DNA of 64,000 bases from Collimonas sp. (GCF_039923675.1 NZ_JBDTCG010000015.1:14098-78097); one strand, 5' to 3'. Positions 46,260 through 56,648 are shown, counted from the first letter of the stretch. Notes: generated from the sequence alone by a model not told the origin. Made by a program: numbers and translations.

Positions 46260-46450
46260 ATAGTATAAACAATATAAATAATTATTATATTATTTGAAAA
46301 TACTATCCAAGAAAAGCAATAAATTCACGAACAAGAACTTAAGATCTTCTTTTGATTTTTGTTCGTGATTTTGTGCTTTTTGTGGAAAAAGTTTTTCTAC
46401 TTTTGAATAAAAATTAAAAGAACAAATCGAAAAAAAATAGAAAGAGGCGC

Positions 46451-48076
46451 ATGGAATCAGCAGGCAAGTACGACTACATCATCATCGGTGCAGGGACCGC
46501 GGGCTGCGTGCTGGCGAACCGTTTGACACAAGATAGTTCGGTCAAGGTGCTGCTGATAGAAGCAGGCGCAAAAGATGATTATATCTGGATCCATATTCCT
46601 GTCGGCTATCTGTATTGCATCAATAATCCTCGCACCGACTGGCTATATAAAACCGAGCCGGATGTCGGCCTGAATGGCCGCAGATTGCTATATCCGCGCG
46701 GTAAAGTATTGGGAGGAAGTTCCTCGATCAACGGCATGATTTACATGCGCGGCCAGGCGCGCGATTATGATCAATGGGCGCAACTCACGGGCGATCCGTC
46801 ATGGCGCTGGGAGGAGGTCCTACCGCTGTTTAAAAAGAGCGAAGACCACTATAAAGGCGCCAGCGAATTTCACGGCGCCGGCGGCGAATGGAGGGTGGAA
46901 AAGCAGCGGTTGTCATGGAAAATACTTGACGCATTCCGGGACGCCGCAGCGGAAACCGGTATCCCTAAAATCGATGATTTCAACTGTGGCGACAATGAAG
47001 GGTCCGGCTATTTCGACGTCAACCAAAAGCGCGGTATCCGCTGGAATGCGTCGAAGGCATTTTTACGTTCGGCGACGCGGCGCGGCAACCTGGATATCAT
47101 GACAGGCTGCCACGTCAAGCGCCTGGTGCTTGAACGTGGCGAGCAGGGGCTGGTCTGCAAAGGCGTTGAATTTTCAGGTGGTGGCAGGGAATGGAATGCC
47201 GAGGCCGGCCGCGAGACGTTGCTGAGTGCAGGCGCTGTGGGCTCACCGCATATTTTGCAGATGTCAGGCATTGGTCCGGCGGCTTTATTGCAGCTGCACC
47301 AGATCCCTGTGATGCAGGATACGCCGGGTGTCGGGGAGAACCTGCAAGACCATTTGCAGATCCGCATGGCTTTTACAGTCAGCGGCGTGAAAACCCTGAA
47401 TGGGATGAGTAACAGCTGGTTTGGCAAGGCGAAAATCGGCATGGAATATCTGTTGACGCAGAGCGGTCCGATGTCGATGGCGCCTTCGCAACTGGGGGCG
47501 TTTGCCAAGTCCGACCCGGCGCAAATCACGGCCAATCTGGAGTATCACGTGCAACCATTGTCGCTGGAGAAATTCGGTGATCCTTTGCATGCATTTCCCG
47601 CTTTTACCGCCAGCGTATGCAATTTGCGTCCTACTTCGCGTGGCCATGTGAGGATTGGTTCAGGCATTGCCGAGAATGCGCCTAAAATCACCTTGAATTA
47701 CCTGGCAACTGAGGAAGACCGCAAGGTCGCCGCTGCTTCGGTATTATTGACCCGTAAAATTGCCGCGGCGCCGGCATTGCGAAAGTACGCTCCCGAAGAA
47801 TTCAAACCTGGACTGCAATACCGTACCGAGGAGGATCTGATCAAGGCCGCCGGTGAAGTGGGCACCACTATATTCCACCCGGTGGGGACCTGCAAGATGG
47901 GACGTGCCGACGATGCGATGGCGGTGGTCGACAGCAAGCTGCGGGTCAAGGGAGTGGGGGGCTTGCGCGTGGTTGACGCTTCGGTGATGCCGACCATCAC
48001 CTCCGGCAACACCAATTCACCGACCTTGATGATTGCGGAAATGGCGGCAAAATTCATCAGGGAAGAGCGTTACTGA
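46451..48076 (+). CDS. GMC-family FAD oxidoreductase (choline dehydrogenase-like alcohol dehydrogenase)
   Basis: [33 protein letters not shown], and the C-terminal HPVGTCKMG...VVDASVMP motifs. Confidence 0.9.
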   Translation: MESAGKYDYIIIGAGTAGCVLANRLTQDSSVKVLLIEAGAKDDYIWIHIPVGYLYCINNPRTDWLYKTEPDVGLNGRRLLYPRGKVLGGSSSINGMIYMRGQARDYDQWAQLTGDPSWRWEEVLPLFKKSEDHYKGASEFHGAGGEWRVEKQRLSWKILDAFRDAAAETGIPKIDDFNCGDNEGSGYFDVNQKRGIRWNASKAFLRSATRRGNLDIMTGCHVKRLVLERGEQGLVCKGVEFSGGGREWNAEAGRETLLSAGAVGSPHILQMSGIGPAALLQLHQIPVMQDTPGVGENLQDHLQIRMAFTVSGVKTLNGMSNSWFGKAKIGMEYLLTQSGPMSMAPSQLGAFAKSDPAQITANLEYHVQPLSLEKFGDPLHAFPAFTASVCNLRPTSRGHVRIGSGIAENAPKITLNYLATEEDRKVAAASVLLTRKIAAAPALRKYAPEEFKPGLQYRTEEDLIKAAGEVGTTIFHPVGTCKMGRADDAMAVVDSKLRVKGVGGLRVVDASVMPTITSGNTNSPTLMIAEMAAKFIREERY

Positions 48077-48276
48077 TGGTTGGTTTGTTGTGCGTTTTAA
48101 ATTATTTTGTAAGACATGACTGATTTTCTCCTCAGTTTTTGTATAGTATTTCTACGTATTGCCCCGTTAGAGTGGCGCCGGTAGTATCCGTAAAAAATAT
48201 AAGGCTGATAAGGTACATGCAATAGTATCTATCAGCGCGGGATGTTCCGAATAAAGCAACATCAATGGGAGACTGG

Positions 48277-49047
48277 ATGACCGACATCATCTTGGAGACA
48301 AAAAACCTGACGAAAGAGTTCAGGGGGTTTACGGCCGTCAATGCCGTCAACCTGCAGGTTGAGCGTGGCCATATCCACGCATTGATCGGTCCTAACGGCG
48401 CCGGGAAAACGACTTGCTTCAATTTACTGACTAAATTCCTGATTCCGACTTCCGGCCAGATCCTGTTCAACGGCCGCGACATTACCGCCGATGCGCCGGC
48501 CCAGATCGCGCGCCAGGGCATCATCCGTTCATTCCAGATATCGGCAGTGTTTCCGCACCTGAGCGTGATGGAGAATGTCCGCATTGGTTTGCAGCGCTCG
48601 CTTGGCACGTCCTACCACTTCTGGAAGAGCGGCAAGTCGCTGGCGCAGTTGAACCAGCGCGCGATGGAGCTGTTGGCGGAAGTCGACCTGACCGAGTTTG
48701 CCGATACCCTGACGGTTGACTTGCCCTACGGTCGCAAGCGCGCGCTGGAAATAGCAACCACGCTGAGCATGGAGCCTGAACTGATGCTGCTGGATGAGCC
48801 GACGCAGGGCATGGGGCACGAGGATGTGGATCGGGTCACGGCGCTGATCAAGAAGGTGTCTGTGGGCCGCACGATCCTGATGGTGGAGCACAACATGAAT
48901 GTGGTGTCCGGCATCTGCGACAAGATCAGCGTGCTGCAGCGCGGCGCCATGCTGGCGGAAGGGCGCTATGAGGAAGTATCGAAGAATCCGTTGGTAATGG
49001 AGGCCTATATGGGCACCACGACCGAAGCACTGGTGGGAGCACATTGA
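48277..49047 (+). CDS. branched-chain amino acid-type ABC transporter ATP-binding protein (LivG-like)
   Basis: Walker A GPNGAGKTT, LPYGRKRALEIA signature region, Walker B LLDEP. Start at MTDIILE (GGGAGA upstream). The ATG at 48265 is an alternative. Confidence 0.85.
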   Translation: MTDIILETKNLTKEFRGFTAVNAVNLQVERGHIHALIGPNGAGKTTCFNLLTKFLIPTSGQILFNGRDITADAPAQIARQGIIRSFQISAVFPHLSVMENVRIGLQRSLGTSYHFWKSGKSLAQLNQRAMELLAEVDLTEFADTLTVDLPYGRKRALEIATTLSMEPELMLLDEPTQGMGHEDVDRVTALIKKVSVGRTILMVEHNMNVVSGICDKISVLQRGAMLAEGRYEEVSKNPLVMEAYMGTTTEALVGAH

Positions 49048-49802
49048 TGTCTGCCGTTCATTCTTCGTCAATCAATGCTGCAGTTGGCGGCCAGGGTACA
49101 GTAGCGCTGAGCATCGAAAACCTGCAAGCCTGGTACGGCGAATCGCACATCTTGCACAATGTGAACCTGAGCGTGCACAAGGGCGAGGTGGTGACGCTAC
49201 TGGGTCGCAACGGCGCCGGCCGCACCACCACCATGCGCGCGATCATGGGCCTGACCGGCGCCCGCAAGGGCTCGATCAAGATCGGCGGGGTTGAGACGAT
49301 CGCGCTGCCGACCTACAAGATTGCGCATCATGGCGTCGGTTATTGTCCGGAAGAACGCGGGATTTTTTCCTCGCTTTCTACCGAAGAAAACTTACTCTTG
49401 CCGCCGTCGTTATCGAGCACCGAAAAGGGCATGTCGGTGGAAGAAATCTACGACATGTTTCCCAACCTGAAAGAGCGCCGGAACAGCCAGGGCACACGGC
49501 TTTCAGGCGGTGAACAACAGATGCTTGCAGTCGCGCGGATATTGCGCACGGGCGCGCGGCTGCTGTTGCTGGACGAAATTTCCGAAGGCCTGGCGCCGGT
49601 GATCGTGCAAGCGTTGGCGCGCATGATCACGACCCTGAAATCCAAGAGCTATACGATCGTGATGGTGGAGCAGAACTTCCGTTTTGCCGCGCCGTTGGCG
49701 GACCGTTTTTATGTGATGGAGCATGGCCAGATCGTCGAGTCCTTCGCCTCGTCGCAGCTGGAAGAAAAGATGCCGGTGTTGAATGCTTTGCTGGGTGTGT
49801 AG
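49044..49802 (+). CDS. branched-chain amino acid-type ABC transporter ATP-binding protein (LivF-like)
   Basis: GRNGAGRTTT, LSGGEQQMLAV, LLLDE. ATGA overlap with the preceding gene. Confidence 0.9.
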   Translation: MMSAVHSSSINAAVGGQGTVALSIENLQAWYGESHILHNVNLSVHKGEVVTLLGRNGAGRTTTMRAIMGLTGARKGSIKIGGVETIALPTYKIAHHGVGYCPEERGIFSSLSTEENLLLPPSLSSTEKGMSVEEIYDMFPNLKERRNSQGTRLSGGEQQMLAVARILRTGARLLLLDEISEGLAPVIVQALARMITTLKSKSYTIVMVEQNFRFAAPLADRFYVMEHGQIVESFASSQLEEKMPVLNALLGV

Positions 49803-49876
49803 GTTTGCGTAAGGGAGGTCCTGCTGATGTAACGTGGTTGCAGGACAACGGGTCGTTTAAAAAATTGGAGAAGACA

Positions 49877-51091
49877 ATGAATATCAAATTAAAGACGCTG
49901 GCAGTTGCCGTGAGCAGTACGATCGCCTTCAGTGTTGCGCTGCCGGCAGCCGCGCAAATTTCGGGCGATGTGATCAAGATCGGTTTCATCACCGACATGT
50001 CGAGTGTCTACTCCGATATCGACGGTCCGGGCGGCGCCGAGGCCATCAAGATGGCGATTGCGGACATGGGCGGCAGCATCAACGGCAAGAAGATCGAACT
50101 GATTATGGCGGATCACCAGAACAAAGCCGATATCGCTTCCAGCAAGGCGCGCGAGTGGTTCGACCAGCAAGGCCTGGACATGCTGATCGGCGGCACCAAC
50201 TCCGGCACGGCATTGGCGATGGCGAAAATCGCCGCTGAAAAGAAGAAGCCTTTCTTTGAAATCGGCGCCGGCAGCACTCGCCTGACCAATGAGGAATGCA
50301 CGCCTTACACCGTGCACTACGCCTACGATACTTATGCGCTTGCGCATGGCACCGGTTCGCAGGTGGTGAAGCAGGGCGGCAAGAGCTGGTACTTCATCAC
50401 CGCTGACTATGCTTTCGGCGCTTCGCTGGAAAAAGACACCACTGCGGTGGTGAAGTCTTCCGGCGGCACGGTACTCGGTTCGGTCAAGCACCCGCTCAAC
50501 GCCTCCGATTTTTCCTCGTTCATGCTGCAGGCGCAATCGTCCAAGGCGCAGATCATCGGCCTGGCTAATGCCGGCGGCGACCTGATCAATGCGGTGAAGG
50601 CCGCCAATGAATTTGGCGTCACCAAGAATGCCAAGCTGGCCGGTTTGCTGGTCTTCATCAACGACATCCATTCGCTGACCTTGAAGCAGACCCAGGGCAT
50701 GTACCTGACCGACAGCTGGTATTGGGATCAGAATGCGGAATCGCGCGCTTGGGCGAAACGCTATTTTGAAAAGATGAAAAAAGAACCTTCCAGTTTGCAG
50801 GCAGGGGATTACTCGGCGGCGATGCAATACCTGAGCGCTGTCAAAGCCACAGGCACCGACGATGGCGACAAGGTCATGGCGCAACTGCACAAGAGCAAGT
50901 TCAACGACATGTACGCGAAGAACGCCTATCTGCGTCCCGATGGCCGTGTGGTGCACGACATGATGCTGTACCAGGTCAAGGCGCCGGCCGATTCTAAATA
51001 TCCTTGGGACTATCTGAACAAGATCGAGACCATTTCTGGCGAGCAGGCTTTCACACCGAAGGCCGAAACCAAATGCGCGCTGTGGAAATGA
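49877..51091 (+). CDS. ABC transporter substrate-binding protein (Leu/Ile/Val-binding family)
   Basis: MNIKLKTLAVAVSSTIAFSVALPAAAQ signal peptide, then IKIGFITDMSSVYSD..., typical of Peripla_BP_6. GGAG SD upstream. Confidence 0.85.
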   Translation: MNIKLKTLAVAVSSTIAFSVALPAAAQISGDVIKIGFITDMSSVYSDIDGPGGAEAIKMAIADMGGSINGKKIELIMADHQNKADIASSKAREWFDQQGLDMLIGGTNSGTALAMAKIAAEKKKPFFEIGAGSTRLTNEECTPYTVHYAYDTYALAHGTGSQVVKQGGKSWYFITADYAFGASLEKDTTAVVKSSGGTVLGSVKHPLNASDFSSFMLQAQSSKAQIIGLANAGGDLINAVKAANEFGVTKNAKLAGLLVFINDIHSLTLKQTQGMYLTDSWYWDQNAESRAWAKRYFEKMKKEPSSLQAGDYSAAMQYLSAVKATGTDDGDKVMAQLHKSKFNDMYAKNAYLRPDGRVVHDMMLYQVKAPADSKYPWDYLNKIETISGEQAFTPKAETKCALWK

Positions 51092-51233
51092 TGGTGCGCT
51101 GATTTTCCTGCGCTGTCTTGGCTGACGATATGCCTGGCGTGTCATAAGCGTGCTGATCCTTGCTGGGGTCGGCACGCCGTTGCGCTGTTTGATTGTTCTT
51201 CACTCGCACGAGTGATTTTTTGATGATATTGCC

Positions 51234-52118
51234 ATGGAAATTTTCGGCATTCCCTTTCAAGCCTTGATGAGCCAGCTGCTGCTGGGGTTGGTCAACGGTT
51301 CGTTCTACGCCATGCTGTCGCTGGGCCTGGCGGTGATCTTCGGGCTGCTCAACGTCATCAACTTCGCCCATGGCGCGCTGTACATGATGGGCGCTTTCCT
51401 GGCCTGGATCGGCCTGACTTATTTCAACCTGAACTACTGGGTGATGCTGGCCCTGGCGCCGCTGCTGGTGGGCCTGTTCGGCATCATCATTGAAAAGACC
51501 ATGCTGCGCTGGCTATACAAGCTGGATCACGTCTACGGGCTGCTGCTGACCTTCGGCATCACCTTGATGGTGGAGGGCATCTTCCGTTCGTTCTACGGCG
51601 TCTCCGGCCAGCCGTATTCGGTGCCTGATGCCTTGAGCGGCGCCACCGATCTCGGTTTCATGGTACTGCCGAACTACCGCGCCTGGGTGGTGCTGGCGTC
51701 GCTGACGGTCTGTTTTGCGACCTGGTTCGTGATCGAGAAGACCAAGCTCGGCGCTTACTTGCGCGCCGGCACCGAGAATCCGAAACTGGTGGAAGCCTTT
51801 GGCGTCAACGTGCCGCTGATGGTGACCTTGACCTACGGCTTCGGCGTCGCTTTGGCGGCCTTTGCCGGGGTGCTGGCGGCGCCTGTGATCCAGGTCTCGC
51901 CACTGATGGGTTCCAACCTGATTATCGTCGTCTTCGCGGTTGTGGTGATCGGCGGCATGGGCTCCATCATGGGGTCGATCATTACCGGCCTGGCGCTGGG
52001 CGTGATTGAGGGACTGACCCGGGTGTTCTATCCGGAAGCCTCGGCCACTGTGGTGTTTGTGGTGATGGCGATTGTGCTGATGATCCGGCCTGCCGGCTTG
52101 TTCGGTAAAGAAAAGTGA
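51234..52118 (+). CDS. branched-chain amino acid ABC transporter permease (LivH-type)
   Basis: 294 aa, 8 or more TM helices, LVNGSFYAMLSLGLAVIFG...INFAHG motif. Confidence 0.9.
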   Translation: MEIFGIPFQALMSQLLLGLVNGSFYAMLSLGLAVIFGLLNVINFAHGALYMMGAFLAWIGLTYFNLNYWVMLALAPLLVGLFGIIIEKTMLRWLYKLDHVYGLLLTFGITLMVEGIFRSFYGVSGQPYSVPDALSGATDLGFMVLPNYRAWVVLASLTVCFATWFVIEKTKLGAYLRAGTENPKLVEAFGVNVPLMVTLTYGFGVALAAFAGVLAAPVIQVSPLMGSNLIIVVFAVVVIGGMGSIMGSIITGLALGVIEGLTRVFYPEASATVVFVVMAIVLMIRPAGLFGKEK

Positions 52119-52140
52119 AAACCGGAGCGATGGGAGAGCT

Positions 52141-53124
52141 ATGAACATGAATAAGAAAATCGGCTATGGCTTGCTGTTGCTGGCGGCCCTGGCGGTGCCG
52201 TTCGGTATCTATCCGGTGTTCCTGATGAAGATCATCTGTTTCGCGCTGTTCGCCTGCGCTTTCAATTTGCTGATCGGCTTTACAGGATTGTTGTCGTTTG
52301 GGCATGCTGCGTTCTTTGGCGGTGCAGGCTATGTCGCCGGTTATGCCTTGCAGACTTTGGGCTTGCCGACCGAACTCGGGTTGATCGCCGGCACTGCGAC
52401 GGGCGCGCTGATCGGCCTGGTGATGGGCAGCCTGGCGATCCGGCGGCAGGGGATTTATTTCACCATGATCACGCTGGCATTGGCGCAGATGCTGTATTTC
52501 GTTTGCCTGCAGATGCCGTTCACTGGCGGCGAGGATGGTTTGCAAGGCGTGCCGCGCGGACATCTGCTCGGCTTCATCGATCTCGGCAACGACCTGACTT
52601 TGTATTATGTGGTGCTGGCGATTGCGGTGGCCGGCTTTGCATTGATCGTGCGTACGGTAAATTCTCCATTCGGCCAGGTGTTGAAAGCCATCAAGGAAAA
52701 TGAGCCGCGCGCCATTTCCCTCGGCTATGACGTCAATCGCTACAAGCTGCTGGCCTTCGTTTTGTCGGCGGCGTTATCGGGCCTGGCTGGTTCTACCAAG
52801 ACCTTGGTTCTGGGTTTTGCAACTTTGACCGACGTCCACTGGACCATGTCCGGGCTGGTGGTGCTGATGACATTGGTTGGAGGTTTGGGCACGATCGTCG
52901 GACCTATCGTCGGCGCAGTCATTATTATAGTGCTTGAAAACAAGCTGGGTGATATCGGTAACTGGCTTGCCGCGGTCACGCATATCGACTGGTTCAACGG
53001 GCTTGGCGAATCGGTAACGATCGTTACCGGTTTCATCTTTATCGTTTGCGTGCTGGCGTTCCGGCGCGGAATTGTTGGTGAAATTTCAGCACTGCTGAAG
53101 AAGCGGGCATCCGGTACCAGCTGA
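52141..53124 (+). CDS. branched-chain amino acid ABC transporter permease (LivM-type)
   Basis: 327 aa, multi-TM, LLSFGHAAFFGGAGY motif. Confidence 0.9.
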   Translation: MNMNKKIGYGLLLLAALAVPFGIYPVFLMKIICFALFACAFNLLIGFTGLLSFGHAAFFGGAGYVAGYALQTLGLPTELGLIAGTATGALIGLVMGSLAIRRQGIYFTMITLALAQMLYFVCLQMPFTGGEDGLQGVPRGHLLGFIDLGNDLTLYYVVLAIAVAGFALIVRTVNSPFGQVLKAIKENEPRAISLGYDVNRYKLLAFVLSAALSGLAGSTKTLVLGFATLTDVHWTMSGLVVLMTLVGGLGTIVGPIVGAVIIIVLENKLGDIGNWLAAVTHIDWFNGLGESVTIVTGFIFIVCVLAFRRGIVGEISALLKKRASGTS

Positions 53125-53156
53125 TCTTTTCGCTGCAGTTTGGCGCCAATCAAGAG

Positions 53157-53188
53157 CCCGTACATAGCTTGTCTTGTACGGGTTTTTT
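53157..53188 (+). terminator. rho-independent terminator of the liv-type operon
   Basis: cccgtaca-tagcttgtct-tgtacggg followed by tttttt. Confidence 0.7.
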
Positions 53189-53437
53189 GTTAAGTGCCCG
53201 GCCCGAATCTTCTGCCTAAATAATAGGCAGATACTTCATTTTGGCGTATGTTGCTTATTTAAATCCATCGCTGCTTGCGATCTGACTCAAGCTAGGGAAA
53301 TGCTTGGACAGCTATGATTAAATATCATAGCCATGACGTAATCCGGCTCAAGGTTTGGCACGTAGAATTGCGTGTCTTTTATGCCTTGGCGGCATCTATG
53401 TTCGCCATTTTCTTTTCACCCCTCGTTCGTACATGCC

Positions 53438-54211
53438 ATGCCTGAGTTATTCCCGGATTTCCTTATTTTGGCGCTTGCCAGTTTTCTCGCTGGTTTGATT
53501 GACGCGGTAGTTGGAGGAGGGGGCCTGATCCAGATTCCGGCCTTGTTTGCGATGTTGCCTAATGCCACACCCGCAACGATCTTCGGCACCAATAAACTTG
53601 CCGGCATCTTCGGTACCGGTGCCGCCGCGGTGAATTTCGCCAAGCGTGTAAAGATTGCCTGGAACTCTGCTTTGCCCGCTGCAGGAGCGGCATTCTTGTT
53701 TGCCTTCCTGGGTGCTTATACCATTACCCATATTCCTACCGAAGCTATCCGGAAATCGCTGCCGTTCATTTTACTGGCGGTAGCGATTTACACAATCAAG
53801 AAGAAAGATTTCGGCAGTATTCACGCGCCCTTGCATACCGGCTCGAAAGAGAAGCTATTGGCGATGTTGATCGGTGGCGGCATCGGATTTTATGACGGTG
53901 TTTTCGGCCCTGGTACAGGTAGCTTCCTGATTTTCCTGTTTGTGCGATTTTTCGGCTTCGATTTCCTTGCGGCTTCCGCAGTATCCAAGGTGATCAACGT
54001 TGCTACCAATTTGGCCGCTTTGCTTTGGTTTGGATATAGCGGACATATCATCTGGCAACTTGGATTGATTATGGCTATCTGCAATGTCGGTGGTTCGCTG
54101 TTAGGTACCAGGCTCGCACTCAGACATGGGAGTGGTTTTGTACGAAAGCTGTTCTTGTTTGTAGTGTCGGTATTGATTTTGAAGACTGGCTATGATGCTT
54201 TTCTAAGATAG
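53438..54211 (+). CDS. TauE/SafE-family (DUF81) anion exporter
   Basis: MPELFPDFLILALASFLAGLIDAVVGGGGLIQIPAL, 7-8 TM helices, internal duplication with a second GGGIGFYDGVFGPGTG motif. Confidence 0.8.
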   Translation: MPELFPDFLILALASFLAGLIDAVVGGGGLIQIPALFAMLPNATPATIFGTNKLAGIFGTGAAAVNFAKRVKIAWNSALPAAGAAFLFAFLGAYTITHIPTEAIRKSLPFILLAVAIYTIKKKDFGSIHAPLHTGSKEKLLAMLIGGGIGFYDGVFGPGTGSFLIFLFVRFFGFDFLAASAVSKVINVATNLAALLWFGYSGHIIWQLGLIMAICNVGGSLLGTRLALRHGSGFVRKLFLFVVSVLILKTGYDAFLR

Positions 54212-54230
54212 CTTCCCCAAGCTTCCAAAC

Positions 54231-54275
54231 AAAACGGCGATTGTTCCACGTGAAACAATCGCCGTTTTGCTTTTT
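54231..54275 (+). terminator. strong hairpin plus T-run downstream of the TauE gene; the loop/stem top is a parS site
   Basis: aaaacggcgattgtt-ccacgtga-aacaatcgccgtttt followed by gcttttt. Confidence 0.6.
54242..54257. promoter_or_regulatory. parS: parS centromere site 1 (TGTTCCACGTGAAACA)
   Basis: Exact match to the canonical chromosomal ParB/Spo0J binding site TGTTCCACGTGAAACA. Lies 0.4 kb upstream of mnmG-rsmG-parA-parB. Confidence 0.85.
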
Positions 54276-54303
54276 CTGTTCGCAAACAAAGCTAAATGCC
54301 TAA

Positions 54304-54319
54304 TGTTCCACGTGAAACA
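54304..54319. promoter_or_regulatory. parS: parS centromere site 2 (TGTTCCACGTGAAACA)
   Basis: Second exact 16-mer, 62 bp from the first (start to start). Confidence 0.85.
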
Positions 54320-54364
54320 TCTGTTGTATGTCCAGCACAGGAATCAATGTCAGCGCTGCATGCA

Positions 54365-54606
54365 TAAACCTAGAAGTGGCGGTGGACCACTTATCTGCAT
54401 TTGAAAGTTTGCGTTTGACTGGTTGGGGAAGGGTTAAATAGTTCACATATGCGCAGAGAACGTTACGCATCCGATTGTGCTTTTGCCAGGATGCGTGACA
54501 AAGCGAGACGATCGCAGCAGGGATTTCCCTGCAAGGAGGAGCAACGCTGTCAGGCATCCTGGCAAAAGCACACTCGGACGCGTCCCGCCACCACTTCTAG
54601 GTTTAT
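54365..54606. repeat. ~240-bp nested imperfect palindrome between the parS pair and mnmG
   Basis: Outer arms ataaacctagaagtggcggtggac (54365-88) and gtcccgccaccacttctaggtttat (54582-606). Inner arms 54467-54500 and 54548-54581 pair at 31 of 34 positions and include gtgcttttgccaggatgc / gcatcctggcaaaagcac. Apical hairpin gcaggga-tt-tccctgc (54516-54531). Confidence 0.7.
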
Positions 54607-54653
54607 AATCACCCCTCTGCTCACCGTTATTCATCGTCTCCAAGAGGCGCACT

Positions 54654-56579
54654 ATGCTTTTTCCTACACATTTTGATGTAATCGTCGTTGGCGGCGGCCA
54701 CGCCGGCACCGAAGCCGCGCTGGCTTCCGCCCGCATGGGCCAAAAAACGCTATTGTTGACTCACAATATCGAGACCTTGGGCCAGATGTCCTGCAATCCT
54801 TCGATTGGCGGGATAGGCAAGGGCCATCTTGTGAAAGAAGTCGACGCCATGGGCGGTGCAATGGCAATTGCCACCGATGAAGCGGGTATCCAGTTTCGCA
54901 TCCTGAATTCCTCCAAGGGCCCGGCGGTACGCGCAACCCGCGCGCAAGCTGACCGTATCTTGTACAAGCAAGCCATCCGTTCGCGCCTGGAAAATCAGGA
55001 AAACCTGTGGTTGTTTCAGCAGGCGGTGGATGATCTGATTGTGGATGGAGATCGTGTCGTTGGTGCTGTCACTCAGGTGGGGATTCGCTTTCTGAGCAGG
55101 GCGGTGGTGCTGACCGCCGGTACTTTCCTGGACGGGAAAATCCACGTCGGCTTGAATAATTATTCGGCAGGCCGCGCCGGCGATCCTCCGGCGATTTCCT
55201 TGTCGGCACGTCTGAAAGAGTTGAAGTTGCCGCAAGGGCGGCTGAAGACAGGGACGCCGCCACGCATTGACGGCCGCACTATCGATTTTTCGGTCATGGA
55301 GCCGCAACCGGGGGATCTTGACCCGGTTCCGGTATTTTCCGTCATGGGCAATGCCGGGATGCATCCGGCACAACTGCCATGCTGGATTACCCATACCAAC
55401 CAGCAAACGCACGATATCATCCGCGCCGGCCTCGACCGCAGCCCGATGTACACGGGCGTGATCGAGGGAGTTGGTCCGCGCTACTGTCCATCGATCGAGG
55501 ACAAGATCCATCGCTTCGCCGGCAAGGATTCGCACCAGATATTCCTGGAACCAGAAGGGCTGACCACCAACGAGTTTTACCCTAATGGTATTTCGACAAG
55601 CCTGCCATTCGATGTGCAGCTGGCTTTGGTCCATTCGATGCGTGGTCTGGAAAATGCTCACATCCTGCGTCCCGGCTACGCCATCGAATATGACTACTTC
55701 GACCCGCGCGGTTTGAAGGCTTCGCTCGAAACCAAGATGATCCAGGGCCTGTACTTTGCGGGCCAGATCAATGGCACCACCGGTTACGAAGAGGCTGCGG
55801 CGCAAGGGATGCTGGCCGGTCTCAACGCTGCATTGCAAACACAAGAACGCGATGCCTGGACGCCGCGGCGCGATCAAGCTTATCTCGGCGTGCTGGTCGA
55901 CGACCTGATAATTCAAGGTGTGCAAGAGCCATATCGCATGTTCACCAGCCGCGCCGAATATCGCCTGAGCCTGCGCGAAGATAACGCCGACTTGCGCCTG
56001 ACCGAAACCGGCCGCCAGCTTGGCTGTGTCGGCGATGTGCAATGGGCGCAGTTCGAGAAAAAGCGCGAAGCGGTCGCCGTCGAGATGGAGCGCCTGCGAT
56101 CGACCTGGGTCAATCCGCGCATCGTCGCCAATGCCGAAGCAGAGCGTTTGCTGGGCAAACCGATGGAACGGGAATATGCCCTGATGGATTTGCTGCGCCG
56201 GCCAAATGTTACTTATGAACAATTAATGACGCTGAAGGGTGTCGATGGCCAGGAGCTCGGCGGTCCGGGCGTGCAAGATGACAGCGTCAAGGAACAGGTC
56301 GAAATCCAGGTCAAGTACGCCGGCTATATCGATCGCCAGGCGCGCGAAGTAGAGCGCCACGAACACAATGAAAACCTGAAATTGCCGGCCGACCTCGATT
56401 ACATGGAAGTCCAGGCGTTGTCGATCGAAGTACGGCAGAAGCTGAATCTGCATCGGCCAGAAACCTTCGGCCAGGCTTCGCGCATTTCCGGCATCACGCC
56501 GGCGGCATTGTCGCTGTTGCTGGTGCATCTGAAAAAGGGTGGGATGAAGCGCCTGAATGCCGATGACCAGGCGGCTTGA
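54654..56579 (+). CDS. mnmG: tRNA uridine-5-carboxymethylaminomethyl(34) synthesis enzyme MnmG (GidA)
   Basis: [23 protein letters not shown]..., 641 aa, full-length GidA similarity. Confidence 0.95.
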   Translation: MLFPTHFDVIVVGGGHAGTEAALASARMGQKTLLLTHNIETLGQMSCNPSIGGIGKGHLVKEVDAMGGAMAIATDEAGIQFRILNSSKGPAVRATRAQADRILYKQAIRSRLENQENLWLFQQAVDDLIVDGDRVVGAVTQVGIRFLSRAVVLTAGTFLDGKIHVGLNNYSAGRAGDPPAISLSARLKELKLPQGRLKTGTPPRIDGRTIDFSVMEPQPGDLDPVPVFSVMGNAGMHPAQLPCWITHTNQQTHDIIRAGLDRSPMYTGVIEGVGPRYCPSIEDKIHRFAGKDSHQIFLEPEGLTTNEFYPNGISTSLPFDVQLALVHSMRGLENAHILRPGYAIEYDYFDPRGLKASLETKMIQGLYFAGQINGTTGYEEAAAQGMLAGLNAALQTQERDAWTPRRDQAYLGVLVDDLIIQGVQEPYRMFTSRAEYRLSLREDNADLRLTETGRQLGCVGDVQWAQFEKKREAVAVEMERLRSTWVNPRIVANAEAERLLGKPMEREYALMDLLRRPNVTYEQLMTLKGVDGQELGGPGVQDDSVKEQVEIQVKYAGYIDRQAREVERHEHNENLKLPADLDYMEVQALSIEVRQKLNLHRPETFGQASRISGITPAALSLLLVHLKKGGMKRLNADDQAA

Positions 56580-56648
56580 GGTGAGAATGGCTTGCATGAA
56601 AATTAACGACCTGGCAGGTAATTGCCAGCATAATCGTGGAGCGGCAAC

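Noticed and set aside
46260-46450. Possible second origin or DUE: an AT-rich spacer with GATCTTCTTTTGA (13-mer-like) and TGTGGAAAA.
   Set aside because: Only one weak DnaA-box variant and a poor match to the 13-mer consensus. More simply explained as the mmsA terminator plus the promoter region of the GMC gene. Kept only as a side note.
54300-54676. 85-aa minus-strand and 75-aa plus-strand ORFs upstream of mnmG.
   Set aside because: Both contain the same peptide ASWQKH because they read the two arms of a palindrome. There is no SD, and they overlap each other. They are an artefact of the nested inverted repeat.
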